Shown piece after piece: positions 1 to 11,328 of a stretch of 38,772 nt of DNA (the first letter of the stretch is position 1; the number at the start of each line of letters is the position of its first letter). The position numbers and the translations under genes were made by a program. The notes below the pieces were generated by a model. The model saw nothing but the letters and a program-made list of their open reading frames with translations, made no database searches and was not told the DNA's origin. The DNA comes from Catajapyx aquilonaris. Lineage: Eukaryota. The stretch spans positions 1 through 38,772 of the forward strand of contig KZ538954.1 of NCBI GenBank assembly GCA_000934665.2, read 5' to 3'.

Positions 1-3000
1 TGGACACGAACTCCTTTCTGTCAGCTGGAACTGTCAAGAGCGAAATGAGTGGTGAAAGCACCCACCCACACTATCCATGCATGAACTGGAAAAAAAACCC
101 TGCTACGTCCCCGTAAAAGTGTTACAAAGTGGACAAGACCAGGTTTTGATCTGTGTGCTTTATTTGCTCGACCCTTCCCCCCCAAAAAGAGGCTATAAAT
201 CATAGCATGAGCAATTTGATGCACGCACAGTGGACACTGTCAGTTATTTTTTTTATCAAGCAGGTAGCGGTATTTATATCAGCTAGTTTGTACTGAATTA
301 TAGCGAAAATTTCACTTTTTTTTGTTGAAAAGTATAAGAAGCAACATCTGGATAAAATTGTGAAACACCCTGTACCTGACAGCAAGTGAATCAGAATCTT
401 CTAACGATCGTCACTCACCCGGAATCCTAACCTAGTTTTCGCAAGGAGAAGGGGCTTGCATTAGTCTCGCTGCCCTTCTCCTTACATAATACATTTTCAT
501 CGTCCCCTGGCCAGGTTCTACCATCTCACAGAGGCCCCCCCCCCCCTCCAGAAAAACTCTTATTTCCTTCAGCTCACGAGTGTACTTAACGTAATTGGTC
601 GATTCTCCAAAGACAAGGGAAAAAGAAGCCATTTCCTGCAGAGTTTGATATATACAGTTTGCGAGGAGCACTATCGCAACACTATACTTTGGCTGCATCA
701 ACACTGCGGGGATGTCGCTTTAGGGTTGGGTAAACATGTTTTCTATTCTTGTTATGCTGCCTTGGTGTATACTGTACATGGACAGGCTGCTTGTTACACG
801 TATAATAATTTCGCAAAATGCAACACTGTAGTTACCCAACTTTGGTATTTATCCTGCGTACTTGCACAGGAGGAATTTGCTAATTTTTGTGCGAATATTA
901 TTGCACCAGTTTTGCGCGCCCTATTACTTTTAATCTCTGAGAGGAACTGTTCAATATCGGCAACATCTGCATTTAACTAAAGTTGCTGTTACAAGCGGTT
1001 ACAGATTCTTGCAAAAAAATATTATTATAAAACTTGTGTACAAAAAAAAGGAGGAAGCACCTTGCTGTTCAATCCCCCCCAATAACTTAGGGGGCTGGAA
1101 AAATATCAAAAGAAATATCCGGCCCCTTTCAACTCCATGCCCTAACCCGCGTAACCCTCACCCCCCTGGAGGATCAATAGCTCCGAAATAACTTTGGCAA
1201 GAGTCTGGCAACTACCGAGTGATTGATTCCAGGAATTCTCCCATTAAAGCCCTGGGAACGTGAAGGAATTGCGATGCAAGCTGTACTACTACACTACTCA
1301 CACTGCAATCCCACAGGCTTCCGAGGGAACCCTCTTTGGCATAATAATCCTCCCTTCCCCTATATACCTTTCCTGACTTTCAAAGGACGGTCACATCTCC
1401 GTCGAAGACTCTACAAAATTCCAGGAATTCAAACGACAAGACTCAAAAGGCTGGTTCTGCATAAAGATATGTCACATTAGGTGCTGTTCGACATATCTGA
1501 TAGGATTTATAATTAAATTACTTGGTAGACTGTATTTGTTGATCACAAAATACCGTTTCTGGAATCGGTACCTTCTCATAGCTACGAAAAAAATAAGCAA
1601 CCCCGAGAAAACCCAGCTAACACTGAGAGAACCCGATGATCAAACCAGGGCCACCTGATCAAACCCAGTACCAATCCGCCTGCAATCTAAATAAATTAAA
1701 ACGCTAATAAAAATCGACGTATTCGTCACACCATACCAGGTTGTAAATCCGGGACCCATTACAATGCATCACTTGAACCGGGGCAAGAACCGATCGGCCC
1801 CAATTTTTCGGAGGGATCCGGGCTTCTGGTTGTAATTTACATCACCTGCTGAAACATACACAAGGGAGCCATTTTCAGGCCATTTACCCAGGGTGCATGT
1901 GAGTATACGGGACGCGAAAAAAAAGCACGATTTCGCTGCAGCTTCCAGAGCGACCGTAATTTTTGCCATCAGACACGGGCCGTAAATGGCAAATAGATTA
2001 ACACTGCGGCGTCGGTCCCAGTAAAACGTAGGGTGGGACAAAACAACCCTGATGACATGACCGCCATGTTGTACATCTCCACCATTTTTTTCCTCCCCCC
2101 ACCAGAAAAACTGTGAGGCTGAATCACCTTCTGAAGGCTTCAGACACATTAGCAGCTTTACGGGTTGTTGTCCGCGCCATCAAGCTTGAAAAGGCTTGGC
2201 GAAATTCCCATTTACTTAGCCCTCCCTTCTCGTTTGCCTTATTACCTGCTGGAAACACGCACTGCCACTTGCAAAAGGAAAATGGGGGGAGGTAGGGTGT
2301 AACTATGAGGCTAGAATATCATCTCCGCCATCACCTCACATTTCCTTTCCAGCGGGTCTGGAAACACATAGTAATTATGATAATCTGGAGTTAGTGGCCT
2401 AATGAATGAGTTATGGCTGAGGACGGTTGTGTGCGTTCCTTTTAGGAAATTGTGGATGATGTACGCACGCGATTATTTGGCCGTAAATCACACGGGTTCT
2501 TTAATCGTAATGAACCTGAGTGCTATGTGCACTGTGGCGTTTATATGGCGGGCATTGTTATGAAAGGTATCAATTTCAAACAAAACTTAATTCAGTTGCA
2601 GGTATGCCAACTAAAAACTAGTGATAGTGTCAAAAATAATGAGAACGATTTGGTGTGAATAAAATCATTTTAAATTCGCATTTATTGTCCTGAGCTGACC
2701 ACTGGGCCCAATTGGGAAATCCCTATTATACTTACGAACAGTTGATATGAGCCAAGTCAGACTGCTATAAAAGTACCAGAATGTGTTTTTTACTTAATTG
2801 CTCAAATTTCAATACCCGCATTTTCCAGGTCTTGGTCAACAAGGATGTACTCATTCACTGTAATATATGTGAGGTAACACTTTTTGGCCGGTCCTTTACA
2901 GCTGAGTGCCACAGTTCAGCCCGTAACTTCCTTGCACAGGGGTTCAAATAAGTAGCGGAAACGGGGCCATGTGAAGCGCGTAACTAGACATGCTTCAGGT

Positions 3001-5014
3001 CCCTTCAATCCAAGGCGAACCTTAGATTACAGGGTTATTCCGCCGAGCTGTTTTCTAGATATTCCGCTTCTCCTTTATCCCCAGCATTAATTATCGCCCG
3101 GCACGACTCTTCATCCTTATCTCCTCGAAAGATCGTCCCTCAACCCACCCGAGGCAGGAGATTGGCGAATTGGCCTTTCTCTCCCTAAGCTCATCCATGG
3201 GGTTCGTCCCCAACAGTTTACGACCGTCCATTTTCCAACTCTCAGAAAGCCAGTTTCTAAAACAAGCCCCGCTCCACAAACTATACAGCCTGCCGAACTA
3301 TTGCTCCTTCACAAATCTCTGCGCCATTTTGAGCAGTAACCGACACGTATTAAAACGCAACACGACTTTTACGTGGGTGTGAGAGAGAGAAAAAGAAAGA
3401 TGATTGGATATGTCCAAACACGTGTGTGACGCATGTGGGTCTCTTCTCCGCGGGGAAGAGACGCCACGCTACGGGGTCCACACGCAAGGACTCCAACGGG
3501 GTTCGCACGCACGGAATAACCGCAGGGCGTCGCGCGTGTGTTACAAGTGTTTATGTAACAGACACTCAAGTGTTGCCCAAACGCTAGTGGACAAGATGCT
3601 TTTAACACTATGAGGTTGAGTCAATAGTTGATTTATATATTTATAAATAAATGCAGCTACGCCTGAATTCTTTTCAATATATAGTTCTATACATTTTCAT
3701 GCTTAAAACTGAGCGCTTCATTGGCCAGTAATAACCGATGAAATTACCCCGCGTATTTTCAGATCATATACTGCAAATCAGAGTAATATCGAGGTGCTCT
3801 CAAAATGTCTGCTCCACCGGTCTTGTAATCGCTAACAAAGAGTGTAAGCCAGCCCCCATCCTCTCCATTACCATCCGCAATTTATAGACGAGGGGGTTAT
3901 TCTATTCCAATGGAAATAACCGAAATTCCGGAGGATATAGCATAGTTTCCTCCCCCTCCTTCCCCCCCTCCTTTAATCGATATTTTCCACTCCAATAAAA
4001 ATGTGGGGAAGGGAGGGGGGAAGGGGAGGGTGGTTGGGGAGAACTCAGCAGATCTTGACGTACCCAAAACAGGCCTGCATAATTTGAACTCTCCAATTCA
4101 TAATTCAAGAACACTGCAGAACAATTCTGGACCCTGGACATGCATTTACGTTTTCCAACTATTTGAGCCAAAGTTATAAGCTAAGTGCATGATGTAAGGA
4201 CGCAGGTGTGTACAGTACTATATATGCGTTTGCGGAACTGCAGCGAATATTACTTTAATGAAGTTTCGCCCATGCACAAAGCCTACAGTACATTTCGACG
4301 TCCAAAATAACTATCCTGGTCTTATCCTAACATGAGTAAGAGCTTTAATGTTACATTACCGTACTGTGCATTCACTTTGTGCCATTTTGAGGTCTCGAGG
4401 CTATAATATTCGAAATGGTTTTAGCACCCAAGTCACATGTAACCATCGGTTGAGCGAGTTCATTAACCAATATAAATTAAACGACTGGCCATTTGTATGT
4501 CGGGTATTAACCTGTCAGTTAATTAAACACATTTCATACATAATTTGCGAAAATTTTATACCACGGATTCCACAGGTTATGGACCGACCTAAATGCTTAT
4601 GGCCCTTCCCTTTGGGGGTTCCCGTTCCCATATCCGATTAGGCCAGCACATAGTTGCAAAAATGAGGTAAAAACTGCAGGGCTCTCAATAACGGAAGCCC
4701 CGAGGAGGAAATTGCTCTAACTGCTTCCCCTGTCCGCCCATCATGATCGAGGTATTAATCCCTTATCGCCCCACGTTTTATGCACACTCCGCCGTCTCCA
4801 GCACAAATGGCGATAGTCAAACAATTCCCTACCTTTTCGCGAAATATGCGTCTCAGCGGACTCCCTTTTCCCATAACCAATTCCGGTTAATATCAGGCTG
4901 ATAACGAGGGATCGTGTTTTGCAACAGTTACACCAAGCCAGGGACACTACCACACAAACTATTGATCACACAGGACGTGCACAACAGTGAGTCTAAATGG
5001 CAACGCCGCCAGCT

Positions 5015-5200
5015 CTCAACCAATCACGAGCATCCAGGCTGTTACACGCTCTCTGATTGGCTCAGATCCGGACAGATTGGCTAATAGCCGAACGATCTCA
5101 ACCAATCATGAGCTACCACAAGCTCGCTGAGTGGCTAAGAGCCGAATCCTTTTAACCAATAACTAGCAGCCGTATGTTACGCGCTCGGTGATTGGTTAAG
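5015..5200. repeat. Three tandem imperfect palindromes of the form AACCAATCACGAGC-(8-16 nt)-GCTCGTGATTGGTT
   Basis: CCAAT at 5020, 5102 and 5156; ATTGG at 5056, 5076 and 5191; a degenerate AGTGG near 5130. Units are joined by similar (a)gccgaa linkers. Confidence 0.7.
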
Positions 5201-5260
5201 AGCGTTTTTTTTTAGACTGGACTGGAACAGAAAAGTGCATGGGCCATAGTGTGAACCTAC

Positions 5261-5536
5261 CGAGTATTTCCCAGGGACATAAATAGGTTGTGATTGGGAG
5301 CTAGTGAGACTGGGCCCGGAGACTGGCCCGGCCCCTGCCCCGGGCGCGGTCCTTCCAACACTGAGTGGACTGTCCGGAGTGGACGGCGACATCCCCAAAC
5401 CTCGCAATCGAGGAGCCATGTCGTCCCACTCTTTCCGACGAAGGTCCTCCAAGTGTTCCAACACGTCTTGGTAGTGAGTATTGAATTCGTCCGCGTATCT
5501 CGAAGCCAGACCTTCTAGGTAACCACGATCGCCGGT
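5261..5536 (-). CDS. SKIP: Internal coding exon (92 aa, phase 0/0) of a probable SKIP / SAMD5-SASH1-like SAM-domain protein gene
   Basis: Minus strand reads ttgtcctttattgtcctttgcAG|ACC GGC GAT... (acceptor AG at 5538-5537) and ends ...AAA TAC TCG|GTaggt (donor GT at 5260-5259). Length is 276 nt = 92 codons with no stops, and it is GC-richer than its flanks. Peptide TGDRGYLEGLASRYADEFNTHYQDVLEHLEDLRRKEWDDMAPRLRGLG...LTSSQSQPIYVPGKYS matches my recollection of the segment after the N-terminal SAM domain in insect SKIP proteins. The exon structure is well supported; the gene name is from memory, not a search. Confidence 0.8.
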
Positions 5537-8500
5537 CTGCAAAGGACAATAAAGGACAAAAATTGAAGGTCTGTATGTTTTGTGTGCTGTGCTAGCTTTT
5601 TTTTTTTTGCACAAGAGAGGAAACCTTGCAAACAACAAAGTGTTAAAGTGGTGTATCCAACACCAACCAACTGATCGAAGCACCATTGATGTTGTTTTTG
5701 TGCCATCACCCGGGCTAGAATGTGAGTGTAATTGTCTAGTGGCCCACGAACAGCATATTGATTGAATTTAAATGTGCCCATCTCCTTTAGCAACCAATTA
5801 CCTAAATGGCGCTTTCACACGCGTTTTTTTTTTTGAAAACAAAATTTGCGTATACACATCGCAATATCTGAATGGGTACGCAAAACGTGCGTTTCGAGGT
5901 AAGTAAATAAGGGAAGGGTCTCTCTCCCTTCTTGGCCATGTCTTGATACACACAGGCGATAAAATACATAGCACGCACTTCCTGCTAGCGGAACTGTTTA
6001 GATGGAAAAACTGGCACGGAGCTCATTACTGGAGGAAATAAGACGACGGGCCCGATTGGACAAGGAAAAACTCATGCAATGCTCGACTCCAAAACAAGAT
6101 ATGCAGCTATTGCACCACCCTCAGCACACACACACGATATGTCATGAATGACTTTTAAAAAAAGTGGTTTCAACGACACACGTACGGTAATGACAGTCTT
6201 AGACATGAATATGTAATGCGTGGGTTAAGTGCATTATCTGCATGTTATGCGCGGTGCACTTTGGCATAGAATTGCCCCACATTTTATGCACTCACTCTCT
6301 CATTCTAGTAATGCGGTATAAAGCCGGATGCCCTTTACGATATTTACATAGCACATGGTGGTAATGCTTTGTGGTTTGATTCCTAGAGATCAGTAATTTA
6401 TCATTATTGTTGTACAGTTCTGAGTATATTCTAGCGTACATGGGACGTTCCTGCCACCCTGAAGCTTCCCTTTTCCCTGCTTACTAGCGCATCTCCGGGC
6501 GAGACAATATTTTAATGCCATTAGGCTACTTGAGGAACCGTGTCGGGGCAGAAAATCACATTTGGGGAGGTCGCAGCCCCAGTCTCCCTTTTTAAAGAAA
6601 CCCGCTGTACCCTTCCGAACTCTGGCGGTTGTGTTGAGAGTCATCGCCCCTTAAACTATGGAGAGTCGGAGCGAACAAAATTCACGATGGAGATGAAGCC
6701 ACCTCCCCCCTTTTCCTTTATTCCCTAAGCTCACTCCCAGAGTCACTTTGTAGGCTGGCAAGGCCCCTCCCTTGCTTCGGGGCTCTAGTTATCATTAATT
6801 CACAAGTCTCCAACTGCAGTACCCCAGCAAAACCGAGCCTCCAACGCTTCTTGTCCAAACCTCATCGCTTTTCCTTGCCTGGCCACGGAAACTGCGGAAT
6901 GGCTCACAAGTAGCCCAGATGTTGGCGGCTTCCGTTGATATGTATTATGCAAGTGGGCAAACCCACGGATTAAAAAGTTGCTGCAAAATTTTTCGACACC
7001 CCCCCCCCCCNCCCACAAATGACCACAGCAATTACTCTTCCTTATACAATGCATCAATCTTCCTCGATAAATTGATCGTAACACTTTGCGCCCAATGCTT
7101 GCAAATAATCCCTCGGTTGCATGGTCATGAATGGTATTCACAAATCTCTCGACCATCTTCACCTCCCCCCATATAACATCGCATCAATCACCCTCATTTT
7201 TTTCAGTGGGGGCCGATATGCATATAAGCGTTCATCTACGATAGAGCTAGAGCTTTGATCCAGTTTACGGCCCAGCTGGTACGGCCATAAAGAAAATTAC
7301 TTGGGTCATAGCTCAGGTAATTTTGGGAATTAGACGCCGAGTGAGCCTGATAAAAAGGACTCCTTTTGACACGTTACAGAGGAAGGCAATCCAAGACCTT
7401 AGATCCTTTCCCCCTTCCGAAAAACCTCCAAACTCTTGGAGATTCACTCGTAAAAGTGCATCGGGTCGTGATAATAGTGAGCTACTATTTCCCCGAGCCG
7501 ACTATTCAATCTGGGTGGGGATAGCATAATAGGTTTAGCTAGGAAGGGAAAGACACTATCTGTGCACTATAAAGTTAGAAAGTTGCACTGGAAAAAAAAC
7601 CTAGTAATTTTCCAGTCCACAATTTTGGCGAAAAATCCCCGATTTTTTAAATATTGGCAAAAACTATTGAAAGCACAATTTTCGTTCTAAATATTATCCA
7701 ATCGGATTAAAGTAGTGTGGCTGCAATTTTCCACCCAGTCAAACCCGTATGTGGTGTGACAAAGCAATTTGCTTCTGGCCGAATCCCAGCTGCCAATACA
7801 CGAGTCCTAATTGATTCTTGCAGAGTACGTACCGATCGCGACAACAAGTGCTGGGGGTATCTGCATGAATAGGCTGGAGGGAAACTCCGGAGGGAAAAAA
7901 AATCCGGGCTAGTGCAAACCATTACAGTGCTGGGAATGGGACAGGGGGAAAAAATAATAAATTCAAATATCAAAAAGTGAGAGCATGAGAGCTCTTGGTG
8001 ACGGATTTTCATACAGAGTCAAGCTGGGTGGAAAAAAAAGTGTCATTCTATGTGACGGTGTGGGATAAAGTGTGGGACCGCAAAATGCTGAAACCGGACA
8101 CTATGAAAAAGAGCTGAGAATTAAAGAACATGATACATCCATAGAGCACTTTTCAGACTGGGAAGAGTTTGTAGGGATCCAAAAAGTGTCAAAGTTGCCG
8201 TCACTTGCACGACACCCTTTTTAAAACCTGGCCTGACAATTGTCCAGTTAAAATGGTTCATATAGAAAATAGGTGGTGACAGCATAGAGTGGTTGTCACA
8301 ACAGTTTTGTACAAATTCTGACACTGATAGTTACACGTCGTTTCCAAAATGTCTTGACTTTTGACGCACCCTGTGTCCGCCACTTCATTATTGGGAGCCC
8401 AAGCGCGCAACTTTGTTGTAATCTTCTCATGTCATGTCATCCGGCGCATCGGTCCCAAAGTTACGGCCTGTTAAAAGCGGGGACCTAAATTTACGATCGC

Positions 8501-9998
8501 CTCGTATATACGGTTTTCCAACCAACATTATCCCCAGTTTTCATCACATCCTCGCCCCCTCTCCCCCCACCACCACCAACCCAAAAAATACACCTTTTCT
8601 CCCCAGAATAAAAAATGAATGTGATATATCTTTGTTTGGAAAAGGGAGGGGTTTCTGGCTAAGAATTCTGTAGACGACGTTTGGGGACGCAACCCCAAAT
8701 GAAATAAGAAGCCAAAAAATGTAAATTTTCAAGGGGGGTCCCCTATTCCTCCAGGCAACAGACCTCATTCAGAAGCCCGTACATGCACTGCAAGAGAGAT
8801 GGGGCCCTCCCAGAAAAATACATTCGCCAGAAAGATTTATATACATGTATTCTGGGGTCAAAAAAGGTAGTAAAAACATCCACGCGCTGTTGCAGCTTCT
8901 AAAGAATTTTTTTCTTTTTTTTCGGGGGTTGGAGGAATGGGATGGATGGATCAGTGCAAAGTAGTACGATATTCAAATATTTGTAGCTAAAATTTACAAG
9001 GTCCAAAAGCCAATAGACTGCTGATATATTTATAATATCGGAAATCTGTTTAGGAAAGAATCGATTAATATATTTTTTTGTTATAACGAAATATCGAATC
9101 TAAAATCTACAAATAGACACATTTCGATAACTTATAATAATTGTTAACTATGGGCCGACTTTTGAGATTTATTTTTAGCAACAATAAATATTTTTTCGCT
9201 AAAAATTTGAGCAGCCTGTCTTGACGTTTCTCGACCGGTGGTCAGAGAGTTACCAAGAAATCCCCGAGTTCATATGTGGACCATATTTTACCTCCCAAGC
9301 CCTTCTTCCACCTTTAAAGAAACTTGCTTAAAATGTCCGGACCGGTGTTACGTATAACAATGATTGATTCTCTCATTTTGAACCTTGCCAAACCCACGCT
9401 CTGGCTATTCTTTAAGAACTGAAAAAAAGAAGAATAAAAGGAGGCTAAACACGGAGAGTTATGGTCGCAATAACTCACGCTAAGGGCTCCCTCCCAATAA
9501 ATTATGTAATTGCTTGAGGGACCAACCCATCTAAATTTGCCTGCATGGAAAAGATTGCTATACCTCACATCATCCCTCCCACATAATAACATTCTATTAA
9601 AATTTAGTGCATAGATGGGAAGAAGGGAGGTGTATCTGCTGATCAATCCAAACCCGAAAATTGGACCTACAGTTACTAATTTGCACGTAAAACTGGATGA
9701 TAGTCCGTATGTTCCATTTCCTAATCCCTCGGAATGGAAATTGGTGAGCAGCAGTAATATATATAAGGTGTGCCCACCTTGCCAAATGAATGGCTGCCGA
9801 GCCCCCCGCTGTAATCAGATCTGTCAAAAGCAAATTCTACCGTGTCATTACCCTTCTCTAACCGTGGTAATTACACAGGGGCTGGTTATTATCACCACGT
9901 GTCTTCAGCCTACCGAAATAATCGGGGGGCCGTGTACATATCGAGGCTTGTCTTAACCACATGTTTTAAAATAAGTGTGCCATTATGCTTCTCGAAAT

Positions 9999-10378
9999 AG
10001 GCACAAAAATTACTATATTGTGCCTCGTGATTTTTAGGAAATAATCTATTGTGCCTCAAAATTGTAGGAAACAAAATGGTGCCTTATATTTTTTTTAGGA
10101 AATAATACTGTGACTGAGAATTTTAGTAAAAAGTGTGCCTTGTAATTTTTAGGAAATAATATTGTGCCTTGTAATTTTTAGGAAATAAAAATTGTGCTTC
10201 ATAATTTTAAAATGGTGCCTTATGATCTTAGGAAACGATATTGTGCCTTATGATTTTAGAAAATAAATTGTGTCATGAAACTGTCTCATGAATTATAAAA
10301 CTTTTCTAGGAATATTCATGGAAACGAATTAAGTGCTATGTGGCCTAAAATTCATGAGGTACAAAAATTTTATGCCTC
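9999..10378. repeat. Degenerate minisatellite, about 10 units of ~29 bp (consensus ATTGTGCCTTGTAATTTTTAGGAAATAAT), probably the internal array of a non-autonomous element
   Basis: GTGCC-like cores at 10020, 10051, 10079, 10110, 10135, 10164, 10194, 10215, 10243 and 10270. An inverted core AGGCACAA lies at 9999 and a gaggtacaa/ttatgcctc hairpin at about 10357-10378. Confidence 0.85.
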
Positions 10379-11180
10379 TACTAATTCTACTGTATGGCAA
10401 TTAAAAGGCACCGGAGTGTACAAATGTGGTGGCGTAAAAATTTTTTTTCGATTGGCTCAAATGCACCATAACCAGATAACAGCACAAAATAATACGACCG
10501 CATTTCCCAACGCATAATAAACACGGGTTTTAATCGCAGATTAAATTCGGGCTGACCTTTTTGCATCGGTTTGGTTTGTTAATTATATTAATTTACTGTA
10601 TAGTGGGTTAAATCTGTAATTTATAAGCTTACTCGTCATGGTCGCAGCTTTGAATCATGTTTACAATTTTTTTTAGTCGGTTTTAACAGATGACTTATGG
10701 TCATTATTAGGAGAATTTGTCGTAACTGACTGATTTATTAGATGGAAATAATGTGATCTGCATTTCAAGTGCTAAACCGCCACAAAATTTATGCAACATG
10801 GTAATTATTGTTGCTTCTCTTTAAACAGGTTTCTGGTGTAAACAATACTTTTTGACTATGGTCGCAACATCGAGAATTTTAAGCACTAACAACGCGATGT
10901 AGTGCAAAATTTTTTGGAAAAACTGCTTTGCTCTGAAAAGTGGTGTGCCGTGAAAACTCAAACAAAAACAACGATAACTCCAAGCCCAGGCCCCAGCCCC
11001 AAAAAGCGTCGGAATAATGCTTCGTGGCAGTAGTTAAAAGTTGGCCAAACTTTTCCGGACAGAGAAAAACGAAGCCCCATGCTAGACTTGCTTCATTACC
11101 AGGGGTCCGAGTCCTGATACCCGCCATTTTCAATCCGGCTCCGATAATTTAAATCCACTTCTCGCTTTTTTTTTTTTGGG

Positions 11181-11328
11181 NNNNNNNNNNNNNNNNNNNN
11201 NNNNNNNNNNNNNNNNNNNNNNNNNNNNNNNNNNNNNNNNNNNNNNNNNNNNNNNNNNNNNNNNNNNNNNNNNNNNNNNNNNNNNNNNNNNNNNNNNNNN
11301 NNNNNNNNNNNNNNNNNNNNNNNNNNNN
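11181..11328. other. Assembly gap (148 N) flanked by G runs
   Basis: Run of N with GGG on the left and G13 on the right. Single Ns at 7011, 12885 and 24946 also fall in G/C homopolymers. Confidence 0.99.

Noticed and set aside
348..374. Tc1/mariner-like terminus CACCCTG|TA (similar words at 8367 and 11433)
   Set aside because: Single short matches with no paired inverted terminus in the window and no transposase remnant.
2050..2075. CTGATGA followed by a CATG/CATG stem (also CTGATGA near 21734 and 22061)
   Set aside because: No GAAA box follows, so not hammerheads.
3948..4040. C-rich and G-rich tracts as G-quadruplex or inverted repeat
   Set aside because: G and C homopolymer tracts occur throughout the window, so this one is not distinctive.
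5177..5686. 169-aa ORF as a complete gene
   Set aside because: Only 5261-5536 is bounded by splice signals and looks like real protein; the rest is read-through into intron sequence with homopolymer-derived residues.
7586..7616. ACTGGAAAA...TTTTCCAGT mini inverted repeat (ACTGGAAAAAA also near 85 and 31589)
   Set aside because: Only 9 bp, half of it homopolymer; may be a MITE terminus remnant but cannot be supported from this window.
9615..9956. Cys-rich ORF (CPPCQMNGCRAPRCNQIC) as a zinc finger or secreted peptide
   Set aside because: Spacing fits no family I recognise, there is no signal peptide and no exon evidence.
11098..11130. tRNA T-arm/CCA-like string (ccaggggtccgagtcctgatacccgcca) and a B-box-like GGTTCGATT near 25286
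   Set aside because: No A box, no acceptor-stem partner and no cloverleaf; cannot support a tRNA or SINE.
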